From: Candidatus Tepidifontimicrobium thermophilum
GTDB taxonomy: Bacteria > Sysuimicrobiota > Sysuimicrobiia > Sysuimicrobiales > Sysuimicrobiaceae
Direction: 5' to 3'
Length of the DNA stretch: 53,301 bases
NCBI GenBank assembly: GCA_031459915.1
Contig: JAVKHO010000018.1
Coordinates: forward strand, 5,190 to 58,490
Positions 36,534 to 46,291 of the stretch are shown one piece after another (position 1 is the first letter of the stretch; the number at the start of each line of letters is the position of its first letter). The notes under the pieces are model-generated. The model saw only the letters and a program-made list of their open reading frames with translations. It had not been told where the DNA came from and did no database searches. The translations under genes were made by a program, and so were the position numbers.

Positions 36534-37745
36534 ATGGTGCAGGGCGTCGGCAACTCACGGGTGTTCCGGCAAGACCCGGACCTGCCCGTACCCGAGGACG
36601 TCCGGGAACGCGTCCTGGAGCTGGAGGCCGAGGGGGAGTGGGTGGTCCAGCGGGTGCCCGAGCCGTACGCGGAGGTCCCGACGAAGTACGGGCGGACGAA
36701 GAAGGTCCCCCTGGCCCACACCTGGCACCACAAATCGTGTGGCCAGTGCGGGCACATCCCCGGCTACTCCACAGCCATCTTCTGGCTTCACCGGAAGCTC
36801 GGGCTGGAATACGACGATCCCCGGGATCAGACTTCCTGCACGGGGTGGAACTACTACGCTTCAGCCACTTCCAACGCCGCGGCGCAGGCGGCGGTGGCCG
36901 CGCGGAACTTCGCGGCCGCCTACGAGTCCGGCTATTTCCCCCTCATCCACTGCGGCACGAGTTACGGCCACTACAAGGAGGTCCGGGAGGAGCTCGTCAA
37001 ACACGGCGAGCTGCGCCGCCAGGTGCGGGACATCCTGGGGAAGCTCGGCCGGCCCTTCGTGATGCCGGAGGAGATCGTCCACTACAGCGAGTGGGTCTAC
37101 GCGGTCCGGCACGAGATCGCTGCGCGGCGGGTGCACGACTGCAGCGAGGTGGTGGTCACGGTCCACCCCGCGTGCCACTACTACAAGCTGGTTCAGGGGG
37201 ACGCCATCTACGACCCCGACATCTACGGCGGCCAGCGCACCGCAGTGGTGACCGCGGTGGCGCAGGCGCTCGGGGCGCAGGTGCGGGACTACTCCACGTG
37301 GTTCGACTGCTGCGGGTTCGGCTTCCGTCACATTCTGGTCCAGAGGGACTTCACGCGGTCCTTCGCGGTGGGCCGGAAGATCGAAGTCATGGTGGAGGAG
37401 GCAAAACCCGACGTGGTCCTCACGCACGACACGGGGTGCGTGACGACCCTGGACAAAAGCCAGTTCGCGGCCCAGGTGCACAACCGGAAAGTGGGAGTGC
37501 CGGTCATGTCCGAGGCCCAGTTCGCGGCCCTGGCCATGGGAGCGCATCCCTACCGGGTCTGCCAGCTGCACTGGCACGCCGCGGACTACCGGCCGCTGCT
37601 GGAGAAGATGGGGATCGACTGGCGGGAGAAGTGGCGGGAGTTTGAGGACGACCTGGAGCGGATCCGCAGGGGGGAGAAGGAGTACCTCACCTGGGAGGAC
37701 GTGGACGCGGAGGTGCCGGTCCGTCACTTCGTTCCGGCCAGCTGA
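36534..37745 (+). CDS. shdrB1: sHdrB1, CCG-domain subunit
   Basis: WHHKSCGQCGHIPGY, DQTSCTGWNYY, HCGTSYG, HPACHYYK, DCCGFGFRH, DTGC. Confidence 0.92.
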   Translation: MVQGVGNSRVFRQDPDLPVPEDVRERVLELEAEGEWVVQRVPEPYAEVPTKYGRTKKVPLAHTWHHKSCGQCGHIPGYSTAIFWLHRKLGLEYDDPRDQTSCTGWNYYASATSNAAAQAAVAARNFAAAYESGYFPLIHCGTSYGHYKEVREELVKHGELRRQVRDILGKLGRPFVMPEEIVHYSEWVYAVRHEIAARRVHDCSEVVVTVHPACHYYKLVQGDAIYDPDIYGGQRTAVVTAVAQALGAQVRDYSTWFDCCGFGFRHILVQRDFTRSFAVGRKIEVMVEEAKPDVVLTHDTGCVTTLDKSQFAAQVHNRKVGVPVMSEAQFAALAMGAHPYRVCQLHWHAADYRPLLEKMGIDWREKWREFEDDLERIRRGEKEYLTWEDVDAEVPVRHFVPAS

Positions 37746-37758
37746 GGGAGGTCTGTCC

Positions 37759-38829
37759 ATGGCGAACGACGCGGTCCTGGTCGTCGGGGGCGGCCCTGCG
37801 GGGCTGGAGGCTGCCCGGGGTGCCGCGGACCTGGGTGCCCGGGTGGTGCTGGTGGAGGAGCGGGATCACCTGGGCGGCACGCCCATCTTCGAGCGGTACG
37901 CGGCCCTCACGCACGGGTTTCAGGACGCGGAGGAGGTGATGGAGCGGCTGACCCGGGAGGTCACCACCCACCCGAACGTGCAGGTGAGGCTGCTGACCCG
38001 GGTGGTGGGCTGCGAGGGCAGCGCGGGGGACTTCCGGGTCCGGCTGGCCAAGGTGGGGGACGGCACTTCGGAGACCGTCCACGTCGGCAGCATCGTGGTG
38101 GCCACCGGTTTCCAGCACTTCGACCCCGGCCGGGAGACGCAGGTGTACGGGTACTACGAGTACCCGGACGTGATCACCCTCGTCGAGGCGGAGGCGATGC
38201 TGAAGGCGAAGCGGTTCGTGCGGCCGTCCACGGGCCAGCCTCCCGAGCGGGTGTGCTTCATCCAGTGCGTGGGCTCCCGGGACCGCCAGATCGGCAACGA
38301 GTACTGCTCGAAGGTCTGCTGCGGGATCGCGTCCAAGCAGGCCATCGAGATCCGCCAGCAGGTTCCCAACTGCAAGGTGTACATCTTCTACATCGACATG
38401 CGGATGTACGGGTACTGGGAGAACGAGATCTACTGGCCGGCCCAGGAGCAGTACAAGGTCCAGTACATCAAGGGGATCGCCACCGAGATCATCCAGAAGG
38501 GGGACAAGCTCCTGGTGCGGGGAGAGGACACGACTCTGGGTCGGCCCATGGAAGTCCTGATGGACATGGTGATCCTGTCCGTGGGCATGGAGCCCAGCAA
38601 GGGCACGCGGGAGGTGGCCCGGGTCCTGGGACTCAAGCAGAACAAGTACGGTTTCATCGAGGTCCCCCACGAGGGGCTGGACCCCGTGGCCACCTCCGTT
38701 CCGGGCATCTTCGTGGCTGGAGCGGCTGCGGGTCCGAAGGACCTGGACGACACCCTTTCCATGGCCGGGGCCGCGGCCATGAAGGCGGTGGCCACCGTGC
38801 GGCGCGCGGCCGCTTCGCCCGCGGGCTGA
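37759..38829 (+). CDS. shdrA: sHdrA flavoprotein subunit
   Basis: VGGGPAG FAD motif, FIQCVGSRD, YCSKVCC, YIDMRMYG, GPKD; short form without ferredoxin insert. Confidence 0.92.
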   Translation: MANDAVLVVGGGPAGLEAARGAADLGARVVLVEERDHLGGTPIFERYAALTHGFQDAEEVMERLTREVTTHPNVQVRLLTRVVGCEGSAGDFRVRLAKVGDGTSETVHVGSIVVATGFQHFDPGRETQVYGYYEYPDVITLVEAEAMLKAKRFVRPSTGQPPERVCFIQCVGSRDRQIGNEYCSKVCCGIASKQAIEIRQQVPNCKVYIFYIDMRMYGYWENEIYWPAQEQYKVQYIKGIATEIIQKGDKLLVRGEDTTLGRPMEVLMDMVILSVGMEPSKGTREVARVLGLKQNKYGFIEVPHEGLDPVATSVPGIFVAGAAAGPKDLDDTLSMAGAAAMKAVATVRRAAASPAG

Positions 38830-38840
38830 GGCGCGGTGCC

Positions 38841-39590
38841 GTGCTGGGCGAACCGGTGACGGACTTCCGGGCCGGCGAGGAGTTCGCCCGGGAACTGTTC
38901 GCGCGACTGCCGTTGCGGGAGGTGGAACCGGTGGTCCAGCGGCTGGAGGAGAAGAGCCGCCGGTTCCGGTCCTTGCTGTCTCCCGGAGCGGTAGGGCAGC
39001 TGCAGGCAGACTCCCTGGCGGAGCTCCTCAGGCTCGTGTTCGGAACCCGGCGCCGCGCGGGCGCGCTGCTGGCGGACCCGGGTGCCGACGCGCTGCGACG
39101 GGCCCTGGAGGAGCTGCTGTACGGGAGCGGGTCTGTGGACCAGAGGTTCTGCGCCTTCTGCGAGTACTTCCCAGAACCGCGCCGGGAGGCGGAGGCGGTG
39201 GACCTAGCGGGCGAGGTGCTGCACTGGGTGGATCCGCACCGCTACTGGCTGTGGACCCGCTGGATGTGGAACCCGCGGACCCAGACGGGTGCCCTGCGGC
39301 TTCTGGTGGCGGACTGGCGGCCTTTGGTAGCTCCCACCGTGGGGGAGGCGTACCTGCGGGTGGGGGAGGCGGTGGCGTACGCGGAGGCCGCGCGGCAGTC
39401 CCTGGGCCTGTTCGCCCACGCGCCCGCGGGAACGCCGTCCTTCCTCACCGACATCTACCTGGCCTGCGTGTACACCCTGTACCTGTTCACTGCCCTCCGG
39501 ATGCGGATGAGCCAGGAGTTTACCAAGATCCTCCCCGGTCCCTGGGAGCTCATGCAGCGCTTGCTGGGGGTCGGTGGCCTGGAGGTCTGA
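38841..39590 (+). CDS. shdrH: sHdrH (conserved hypothetical in shdr clusters)
   Basis: position directly after shdrA; RYWLWTRWMWNP..TGAL, MRMSQEFTKILP. Confidence 0.75.
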   Translation: MLGEPVTDFRAGEEFARELFARLPLREVEPVVQRLEEKSRRFRSLLSPGAVGQLQADSLAELLRLVFGTRRRAGALLADPGADALRRALEELLYGSGSVDQRFCAFCEYFPEPRREAEAVDLAGEVLHWVDPHRYWLWTRWMWNPRTQTGALRLLVADWRPLVAPTVGEAYLRVGEAVAYAEAARQSLGLFAHAPAGTPSFLTDIYLACVYTLYLFTALRMRMSQEFTKILPGPWELMQRLLGVGGLEV

Positions 39591-39591
39591 G

Positions 39592-40887
39592 ATGCCGAAA
39601 CCCGGACTGGACAAGGTCGACCGGATCTACGAGAAGGACGTGGCCGTCCTCGAGGGGATGGACATTTCCGGCCACTGGAACCGGATGTTCGAGCAGCGGG
39701 TGGTGTGGGACTACTCCACCGACGTCCTGGAGCGGATCACCGGGCTTCCGGGGGGCGAGTCCCTGGGATGGTGCTACCAGTGCGGGAAGTGCGTGCCCGT
39801 GTGTCCCGTGGACGTGGTGGGGGACTACGGACCCCGGAAGGTCTACCGGAAGGCCCAGCTGGGGATTGACCTCCTGCGCGACCCCGACCTGTGGCTGTGC
39901 ACCACCTGCATGAACTGCCTGCGGGTCTGTCCGAAAGAGGTGAACATGATCGAGATCATGCCCGCGGCCCGGGAGGTGGCGGTCCAGGAGGGGCGGGTGC
40001 CGCCGGAACTTCAGAAGGTGTTCGAGAACACCGCCCGCTACGGCAACCCCATGGGCGAGTCGCCCCGGAAGCGCGCGGAGTGGGTCAAGGAAGCCGGAGT
40101 ACCGGTCACGGTGCTGCCGCTCGATCCCCGGCCGGTAGACGTCCTGTGGTACGTGGGCAGCTACCCGTCCTACCATCCGCGCGGGAAGGATGCCGCGCGG
40201 GCCATGGCCCGGGTGTTCCACGCCCTGGGCGTAGACTACGGGATCCTGGGCCACGAGGAAAAAGAGGACGGGGACTCCATCCGCCTCGCGGGGGAGAAGG
40301 GGCTGTTCGAGGTGCTGGCGGAAGCGAACATCCGGACCTTCCGGAAGTACACCTTCAACCGCATCGTCGTCACGGGCCCGCACGAGTACAACGCCTTCAA
40401 GAACTTCTACCCCCGCTACGGGGGGAGTTTCGACGTCCTCCACTACACGCAGTTCCTCGCTCCCTTCCTCCCGCGCCTCCGGGAGATGTTCGTGAAGGAG
40501 CTCCCCTACACGGTGACCTTCCACGACCCCTGCTACCTGGGGCGCCACCACGGGGAGTACGACGCGCCGCGCCGGCTCCTGCAGGCCATCCCGGGGCTCC
40601 GCCTGGTGGAGATGCCGCGGTGCCGGGAGAACGGCTACTGTTGCGGTGGCGGGGGAGGGGGTATGTGGCTGGACGGGTTCTCGCGGGACTACCTGCGGGA
40701 GCGGCTGTCGGACCGGCGGGTCCGGGAAGCGGTGGAAACCGGCGCTGAGATCCTGGCGGTCTGTTGCCCCTACGAGGTGTCCCGGTTCGAGGACTCCGTG
40801 AAGGCCACGGGGAACGACGGGAAGCTGGTGGTGCGGGACATCATCGAGCTGCTGGACGAAGCCCTGGGCAGTCCCAGAGCAACGTGA
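39592..40887 (+). CDS. shdrB3: sHdrB3-like fused ferredoxin + CCG protein (type II sHdr)
   Basis: CYQCGKCVPVCP, CTTCMNCLRVCP, FHDPCYL, YCCGGGGG, VCCPYE; followed by etf genes. Confidence 0.78.
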   Translation: MPKPGLDKVDRIYEKDVAVLEGMDISGHWNRMFEQRVVWDYSTDVLERITGLPGGESLGWCYQCGKCVPVCPVDVVGDYGPRKVYRKAQLGIDLLRDPDLWLCTTCMNCLRVCPKEVNMIEIMPAAREVAVQEGRVPPELQKVFENTARYGNPMGESPRKRAEWVKEAGVPVTVLPLDPRPVDVLWYVGSYPSYHPRGKDAARAMARVFHALGVDYGILGHEEKEDGDSIRLAGEKGLFEVLAEANIRTFRKYTFNRIVVTGPHEYNAFKNFYPRYGGSFDVLHYTQFLAPFLPRLREMFVKELPYTVTFHDPCYLGRHHGEYDAPRRLLQAIPGLRLVEMPRCRENGYCCGGGGGGMWLDGFSRDYLRERLSDRRVREAVETGAEILAVCCPYEVSRFEDSVKATGNDGKLVVRDIIELLDEALGSPRAT

Positions 40888-40895
40888 GGTGGGCC

Positions 40896-41663
40896 GTGCA
40901 CGTCGTCGTGGTGGGAAAGCTGGTCCCGGACCTGGTGGAGGACCTGGAGGTGGACGCCTCCGGGAGGGGGCTGGACCGCCAGTTCCTCAAGCTGGTGCTC
41001 AACGAGTTCGACGAGCACGCCCTGGAGGAGGCGGTCCTTCTCAAGGAGGCACACGGGGCCCGGGTGACGGTCCTCGCCCCGGAGGCCGAAGGGGTGGACG
41101 ACGCCCTGTACACGGCGCTGGCGAAGGGCGCGGACCGCGCCATGAAGCTCGTGGGGCTCGGGGAGGCTCCCTCCAGCCGGCAGATCGCGGCAGCCCTGGC
41201 CTCGGCCCTGCCTTCCCTGGGCTTCGACCTCGTGCTGACGGGGGTGCAGGCCGCGGACGACCTGGACGGGCAGGTGGGCATGCTGCTGGCGGGATACCTC
41301 GGGCTCCCGCACGTGGGAGTGGTGACCGGGGTGGAGCTGGACCCGGACGGCAGCCGGGCGCGGGTCCGGAAGGAGTACCCGGGCGGCTGGCTGGCGGAGC
41401 TCGAAGTCCAGTTGCCCGCGGTCCTGGGGATCCAGGCGGCCAAGCAGCCCCCCCGCTACGTGCCCGTGAGCAGGGTGCGGCAGGCGATGAAGGAGCACAC
41501 CCTCGAGGAGCTGAGTGCCGAGCCCGTCCCCGTGCCGCGGCTGTCCGTCCGCCGCCTGTCTAAGCCGGAGGCGGCAGGCCGCGCGGAGTTCCTGGACGGC
41601 AGCCCACAGGAGGTGGCAGCACAGCTCGTGAGCATCCTGATGGAACGGGGACTGGTGCGGTAG
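40896..41663 (+). CDS. etfB: Electron transfer flavoprotein beta subunit
   Basis: KLVPD, NEFDEHALEEAV, ALAKGADRA, DLVLTGVQAAD, PRY. Confidence 0.92.
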   Translation: MHVVVVGKLVPDLVEDLEVDASGRGLDRQFLKLVLNEFDEHALEEAVLLKEAHGARVTVLAPEAEGVDDALYTALAKGADRAMKLVGLGEAPSSRQIAAALASALPSLGFDLVLTGVQAADDLDGQVGMLLAGYLGLPHVGVVTGVELDPDGSRARVRKEYPGGWLAELEVQLPAVLGIQAAKQPPRYVPVSRVRQAMKEHTLEELSAEPVPVPRLSVRRLSKPEAAGRAEFLDGSPQEVAAQLVSILMERGLVR

Positions 41664-41696
41664 ACGCCCTTGGCTGCGCAGGAGGTGGAGGTCGCG

Positions 41697-42674
41697 GTGA
41701 GCGGGGACGTGTTGGTGGTGGCGGAGCGGTTCGGCGGTGACTGGACCGAGGTGACGTTCGAGCTTCTGGCGGCGGGCCGGGAGGTAGCGCAGGGGCTGGG
41801 CGGGACGCTGTCTGTGGCCGCCCTGGGGCGTGGCACGACAGACCAGGTGAAAGCGCTCGGGGCGGCAGACGTGGTCCTGTACGCGGACGCCCCGGAGCTG
41901 GAGGCCTTCGTCCCGGAGGTGCACCTCAGGGTGCTGGAGGCGGTGGTGCGGTCGCGGCAGCCGCGGGCGGTACTGGTCGCCAACACCTCCACGGGGATGG
42001 ACCTCGCCGCACCCCTGGCCGCGCGGCTGGGCGTTCCCTGCGTCGCCTACTGCCGCCGGGTGTGGGTGGAGGACGGCACGGTGGTCGCCCACAGCCAGGT
42101 CTACGGCGGCAAGCTGGTGGCAGAGGTGGCCCTGGAAGGCCCTGGGGTGCTCGCCCTGGTGGCGGGCAGCTACCCGGCGGAGGCGGGCAGGGGGACCGGG
42201 AGTCCTGCGGTGGAGAGGATCCCGCTTCCAGCCCTGGAGGGGCTGCGCAGCCGTTTCCTGCGCCTGATCGAGCCGGAAGCCGCGGACGTGGACATCACCC
42301 GCGAGGAGATCCTGGTGGCCGTAGGGCGGGGGATCGGCGACCGGGAAAACCTCGGCCTGGCGGAGGAACTGGCGGAGGCCCTGGGGGGTGCGGTGTGCGC
42401 TTCCCGTCCCTTGGTGGACAACGGGTGGCTGCCGAAGAACCGGCAGGTGGGCAAATCCGGACTGACGGTGAAGCCCAAGCTGTACCTGGCCGCGGGCATC
42501 AGCGGCGCCCCCGAGCACCTGGAGGGCATGAGGAGTGCGGAACTCATCGTGGCCATCAACACCGACCCCAAAGCCCCCATCTTTGACGTGGCCCACTACG
42601 GGGTCGTCGGTGACGTGCTGGAGATCCTGCCCGCCCTGACCGAGGAGGTGCGGCGCCGCAAGGGCGAGGGGTAG
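41697..42674 (+). CDS. etfA: Electron transfer flavoprotein alpha subunit
   Basis: VAVGRGI, ASRPLVDNGW, QVGKSGLTVKPKLY.A.GISGA, AINTDPKAPIF. Confidence 0.93.
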   Translation: MSGDVLVVAERFGGDWTEVTFELLAAGREVAQGLGGTLSVAALGRGTTDQVKALGAADVVLYADAPELEAFVPEVHLRVLEAVVRSRQPRAVLVANTSTGMDLAAPLAARLGVPCVAYCRRVWVEDGTVVAHSQVYGGKLVAEVALEGPGVLALVAGSYPAEAGRGTGSPAVERIPLPALEGLRSRFLRLIEPEAADVDITREEILVAVGRGIGDRENLGLAEELAEALGGAVCASRPLVDNGWLPKNRQVGKSGLTVKPKLYLAAGISGAPEHLEGMRSAELIVAINTDPKAPIFDVAHYGVVGDVLEILPALTEEVRRRKGEG

Positions 42675-42676
42675 CC

Positions 42677-44689
42677 GTGCTCACGCCGGTGGAACGGGTG
42701 GCGTTCGTCCTGCTGGCGGCCGCCTGCGTGGGCTGGGCCGCGGTGGGTTTCTTGCAGGTGTTCCGCGCCATCGCGCGGGGACGGGGGAGCCTGTCCACGG
42801 ACCGGGTGCTGGCGCGAGCGGCCTCCGCCCTGGTGGCCGTGCTGTCGCACCGCACCCTGCTGAAGACCCGGCGTCCGTGGGCGGTGGCTCACGCGTTGAT
42901 CCTGTTCACGTTCACGTACTACTTCCTGGTGAACGTGGTGGACGCGCTGGAAGGGTTTTCTGGCTTCTCCACCGTGGGTCAGGGTGGCGTGTGGGGACCG
43001 TTCAACCTGGTGGCCGACGTCCTGAGCGTGCTGGCCCTGGTGGGCATGACCGCCTTCCTAGTGCGCCGGTTCGTGTTCCGGCCCCGCAGCTTCCAGTTCA
43101 ACCCCGGGGTGCTGCTGCTCCCCGAGGTGGTGCGGGGGATCCGGCGCGACTCCGCGGTCGTGGGGGCTTTCATCCTCCTGCACGTGGGATCCCGGTGGAC
43201 GGGGCAGGCCATCCGGATCGCCCGGCACGGTGCGGATCCGTGGCAGCCCTTGGCCTCCCTGCTGGGCGAGCTGCTGAGGCCCCTGCCCGAAGGAGTGCTG
43301 GCGGTGGGGGAGCACGTGACGTGGTGGCTGGCCCTGGGCCTGATCCTGCTGTTCCTCCCGTACTTTCCCCGCAGCAAGCACATCCACCTCGTCTTCGCGC
43401 CCGTGAACCTCACCCTGGGACTTCCCGACCCGCCGGGCCGGCTCGACACGAACTCCCGGGACGGCACCGGGGCCGCGCGGCTGGAGGACCTCCCCAAGCG
43501 CCGGATCCTGGACGCTTACGCCTGCATCATGTGCAACCGGTGCCAGGACGCGTGCCCGGCGCACGGGGTGGGCAAGAGCCTCAGCCCCGCAGCCCTGGAG
43601 ATCAACAAGCGCTACTACCTGAACCGCCACCTGGCGTCCTTCAGCCGCGGGGCGGAGTCGCCTGCCCTGTGGGAGTACGCCATCTCCACGGAAGCCCTCT
43701 GGGCCTGCACCACCTGCGCCGCCTGCGTGCACATCTGCCCGGTGGGCAACGCGCCCATGCTGGACATCGTGGAGATGCGGCGGGAGCTGGTGGGCCGGGG
43801 GGAGGTGGAAGACCCCAACCTGCAGGACGCCCTGGTGAAGCTGGCCAAGTACGGGAACTCCTTCGGCAGGCCGGAGCGGCAGAGGGGGCAGTGGACGAGG
43901 TCCTTGCCCTTCCCCGTGAAGGACGCCCGTAAGGAGCCCGTGGACGTCCTGTGGTTTGTGGGCGACTTCGCGTCCTTCGACCCCAGGGGGCAGGAGCGGT
44001 CCCAGGCCCTGGCCCGGCTGCTGCACCACGCGGGGGTGGACTTCGGGATCCTGTACGAGGGGGAGCGGAACTCCGGCAACGACGTCCGGCGGGTGGGCGA
44101 GGAGGGCCTGTTCGAGGTGCTGGCGGAGCACAACATCCGCGCCCTGGATCGGGCCCGTTTCCGCGTGGTCCTCACCACCGACCCCCACTCCCTGAACGCC
44201 CTGCGCAACGAGTACGGGTCCTTCGGGCGGAGCTACCCGGTAGTCCACTACACCGAGTTGCTGCTGCAGCTCGTGCGCGAGGGGAAGCTCCAGGTACGCC
44301 GTCCGGTCGGCCGGAAGGTGACCTACCACGATCCGTGTTACCTGGCCCGCTACAACCGGGTGACGGAGCCTCCCCGCCAGCTCCTGGCCGCCGTGGGCGC
44401 GGAGCTGGTCGAGATGCCCCGCAACCGGGAGAACACCTTCTGCTGCGGTGCGGGGGGGGGCCGCATCTGGATGACGGAGCAGCCCGGCAAGGAACGGCCC
44501 AGCGAAAACCGGATCCGGGAGGCCGCGGCCCTGGGGGTGGACACCTTCGTGGTGGCCTGTCCGAAGGACTACGCCATGTACACGGACGCGGTGAAGAGCT
44601 GCGGGTACGAGGGGCGGATGGTGGTCCGGGACATCGTGGAGCTGGTGGAACAGGCCGTGGGGCTTCAGGCGGAGGTGGCGGTGGGGTGA
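42677..44689 (+). CDS. emo: Membrane-bound Fe-S oxidoreductase, ETF:menaquinone oxidoreductase (EMO/FadF-like)
   Basis: N-terminal TM domain with His residues (AHAL, LLHV, GEHV, SKHIH); CIMCNRCQDACP, CTTCAACVHICP; CCG domain YHDPCYL, FCCGAGGG. Confidence 0.85.
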   Translation: MLTPVERVAFVLLAAACVGWAAVGFLQVFRAIARGRGSLSTDRVLARAASALVAVLSHRTLLKTRRPWAVAHALILFTFTYYFLVNVVDALEGFSGFSTVGQGGVWGPFNLVADVLSVLALVGMTAFLVRRFVFRPRSFQFNPGVLLLPEVVRGIRRDSAVVGAFILLHVGSRWTGQAIRIARHGADPWQPLASLLGELLRPLPEGVLAVGEHVTWWLALGLILLFLPYFPRSKHIHLVFAPVNLTLGLPDPPGRLDTNSRDGTGAARLEDLPKRRILDAYACIMCNRCQDACPAHGVGKSLSPAALEINKRYYLNRHLASFSRGAESPALWEYAISTEALWACTTCAACVHICPVGNAPMLDIVEMRRELVGRGEVEDPNLQDALVKLAKYGNSFGRPERQRGQWTRSLPFPVKDARKEPVDVLWFVGDFASFDPRGQERSQALARLLHHAGVDFGILYEGERNSGNDVRRVGEEGLFEVLAEHNIRALDRARFRVVLTTDPHSLNALRNEYGSFGRSYPVVHYTELLLQLVREGKLQVRRPVGRKVTYHDPCYLARYNRVTEPPRQLLAAVGAELVEMPRNRENTFCCGAGGGRIWMTEQPGKERPSENRIREAAALGVDTFVVACPKDYAMYTDAVKSCGYEGRMVVRDIVELVEQAVGLQAEVAVG

Positions 44690-45132
44690 ACGGGCGGGTG
44701 GAGCTGGAGCCCCTCGCGCAAGCGGTGTGGTCCCGCATCCAGGCGCTCACCCGCGCTGCGGACCGGCTGGGCCGCTTTCCGGAGAACCCCCCGTGGCCGG
44801 AGCTGGGGGCCGAGGATGCAAAAGACGTCGGGCGGGAGTTCGCCCTGCGTCTGTTGCGGGCGGGTGCGGACCCCGTTAACTACCGGCTCCTCCAGGAGGT
44901 GGTCGAGCACCGGGCGCTGCCGCTGGTGGAGCTGGCGGGGCGTTTGGGGCTTCACCCGGCGGCGGCCCTGGAGCGGGTGGCGGACCTGGTGCAGGTGGGC
45001 CTGGTGGAACGTTCCCTGGTGGGGGACTCGGTACAGGCCACGGCCGCTGCGGAGGCGTTCGTGCGCCTGGTGGAGTCGGTGGCGGGAGGGGTGGCCGGGA
45101 AGACAGCAGGCCTGCGGGGGACGTCCCGGTGA
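44686..45132 (+). CDS. Hypothetical protein with winged-helix-like motif
   Basis: LPLVELAGRLGLHPAAALERVADLVQVGLVER; GTGA overlaps on both sides. Confidence 0.7.
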   Translation: MNGRVELEPLAQAVWSRIQALTRAADRLGRFPENPPWPELGAEDAKDVGREFALRLLRAGADPVNYRLLQEVVEHRALPLVELAGRLGLHPAAALERVADLVQVGLVERSLVGDSVQATAAAEAFVRLVESVAGGVAGKTAGLRGTSR

Positions 45133-45395
45133 GGTGCCCGTACTGCGAGTTCGAGGGCAGCCGCGGCGACCTGCACGGGCACCTGGCCACGGCTCATCCG
45201 GAGGAGGTGCCGACGCGCCTGGACGAAGAGGGACGCCTGTACTACCGCATCCGGTGTCCCTACTGCGGGTTCCAGCGGGAGCAACGGGTGAAGCCGCGGT
45301 GGCAGGACCCGGGCTTCCTGGTGGAGTTCCGCCGGGAGATCGTGCTGGTGGCCTTCGACCAACTCCTCTACCACCTGGAGGGCGTGCATGGCTGA
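45129..45395 (+). CDS. Small double CPYC / C2H2 zinc-finger-like protein
   Basis: CPYC..HLATAH and CPYC...HLEGVH. Confidence 0.75.
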   Translation: MRCPYCEFEGSRGDLHGHLATAHPEEVPTRLDEEGRLYYRIRCPYCGFQREQRVKPRWQDPGFLVEFRREIVLVAFDQLLYHLEGVHG

Positions 45396-45825
45396 ACTGG
45401 CTGGCTGTCGGGTCCCTGAGGACCTGTACTACTGGGTGGAAAAGCACGTGTGGGCGCGGCCGGAGGAGGACGGGACGGTGACCGTGGGCATCACCGACGT
45501 GGCGCAGCACCTGGCCAAGACCATCATCGCGGTGACGCCCAAGGCCGTGGGCCGCACGGTGGAACGGGGGAAGAGCGCGGGGACGGTGGAGAGCGGCAAG
45601 TGGGTGGGCCCGATCACCTCCCCGGTGACGGGGAAGGTGGTGGCGGTGAACGAGCGGCTCAAGGCCGAACCCACCCTCGTCAACCAGGACGCCTACGGGG
45701 CGGGCTGGATCCTGCGGCTACAGCCCGTGCGGTGGGAGGAGGAGCGGCTCGCGCTGCTGACCGGCGCGGAAGCGGTGGACGCCTACCGGGTCCTGCTGGA
45801 GAGTCAGGGGATCCGGTGCCGGTGA
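45388..45825 (+). CDS. lbpA: Lipoate-binding protein LbpA
   Basis: VESGKWVGP; N-terminal AGC and C-terminal GIRC cysteines. Confidence 0.88.
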   Translation: MAELAGCRVPEDLYYWVEKHVWARPEEDGTVTVGITDVAQHLAKTIIAVTPKAVGRTVERGKSAGTVESGKWVGPITSPVTGKVVAVNERLKAEPTLVNQDAYGAGWILRLQPVRWEEERLALLTGAEAVDAYRVLLESQGIRCR

Positions 45826-45831
45826 AGGTGC

Positions 45832-46281
45832 ATGGGCGTCTACAGGGCCTGTGAGATCCCGGAAACCCTGTACTACGACGTGGAACGGGACGTGTGGGTG
45901 CGGCTGGAGGCGGACGGCACCGTGACCCTGGGCATGACCGACCCCGCGCAGGCGCAGGCCGGAAGAATCGTCAACCTGACCTTCAAGCCCGTGGGGCGGC
46001 TCCTGCGCAGGGGACAGAGCGCGGCCATCGTCGAGAGCGCCAAGTGGGTGGGGCCTTTCCCCACGCCCCTCACGGGCGAGGTGGTGGCCGTGAACGAGGG
46101 CTTCCGGCGCGACCCGTTGCTCGCCAATAAAGACCCCTACGGCGCGGGCTGGCTGGTACGGCTGCGGCCCACCCACCTGCAGGAGGAGCTGAGGGAGCTG
46201 CTGACGGGCCAGGAGGCCTTCGAGGCCTACGCCCGGAAGATCGAAGAGCGCAACGTGCACTGCATCCGGTGCGCGGAGTGA
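45832..46281 (+). CDS. lbpA: Lipoate-binding protein LbpA
   Basis: VESAKWVGP, DPYGAGWL; N-terminal RAC and C-terminal CIRC. Confidence 0.88.
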   Translation: MGVYRACEIPETLYYDVERDVWVRLEADGTVTLGMTDPAQAQAGRIVNLTFKPVGRLLRRGQSAAIVESAKWVGPFPTPLTGEVVAVNEGFRRDPLLANKDPYGAGWLVRLRPTHLQEELRELLTGQEAFEAYARKIEERNVHCIRCAE

Positions 46282-46291
46282 GGGGTGCGGC

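Noticed and set aside
35814..40887. Methanogen-type HdrABC or Flx/Mvh-Hdr bifurcating complex
   Set aside because: Short HdrA, no mvhD/flx, and linkage to TusA/DsrE/LbpA/LipS1/S2 indicate the sulfur-oxidising sHdr
32136..46281. Four H-proteins as a glycine cleavage system
   Set aside because: No gcvP, gcvT or E3 in the window; three copies have LbpA-type terminal cysteines
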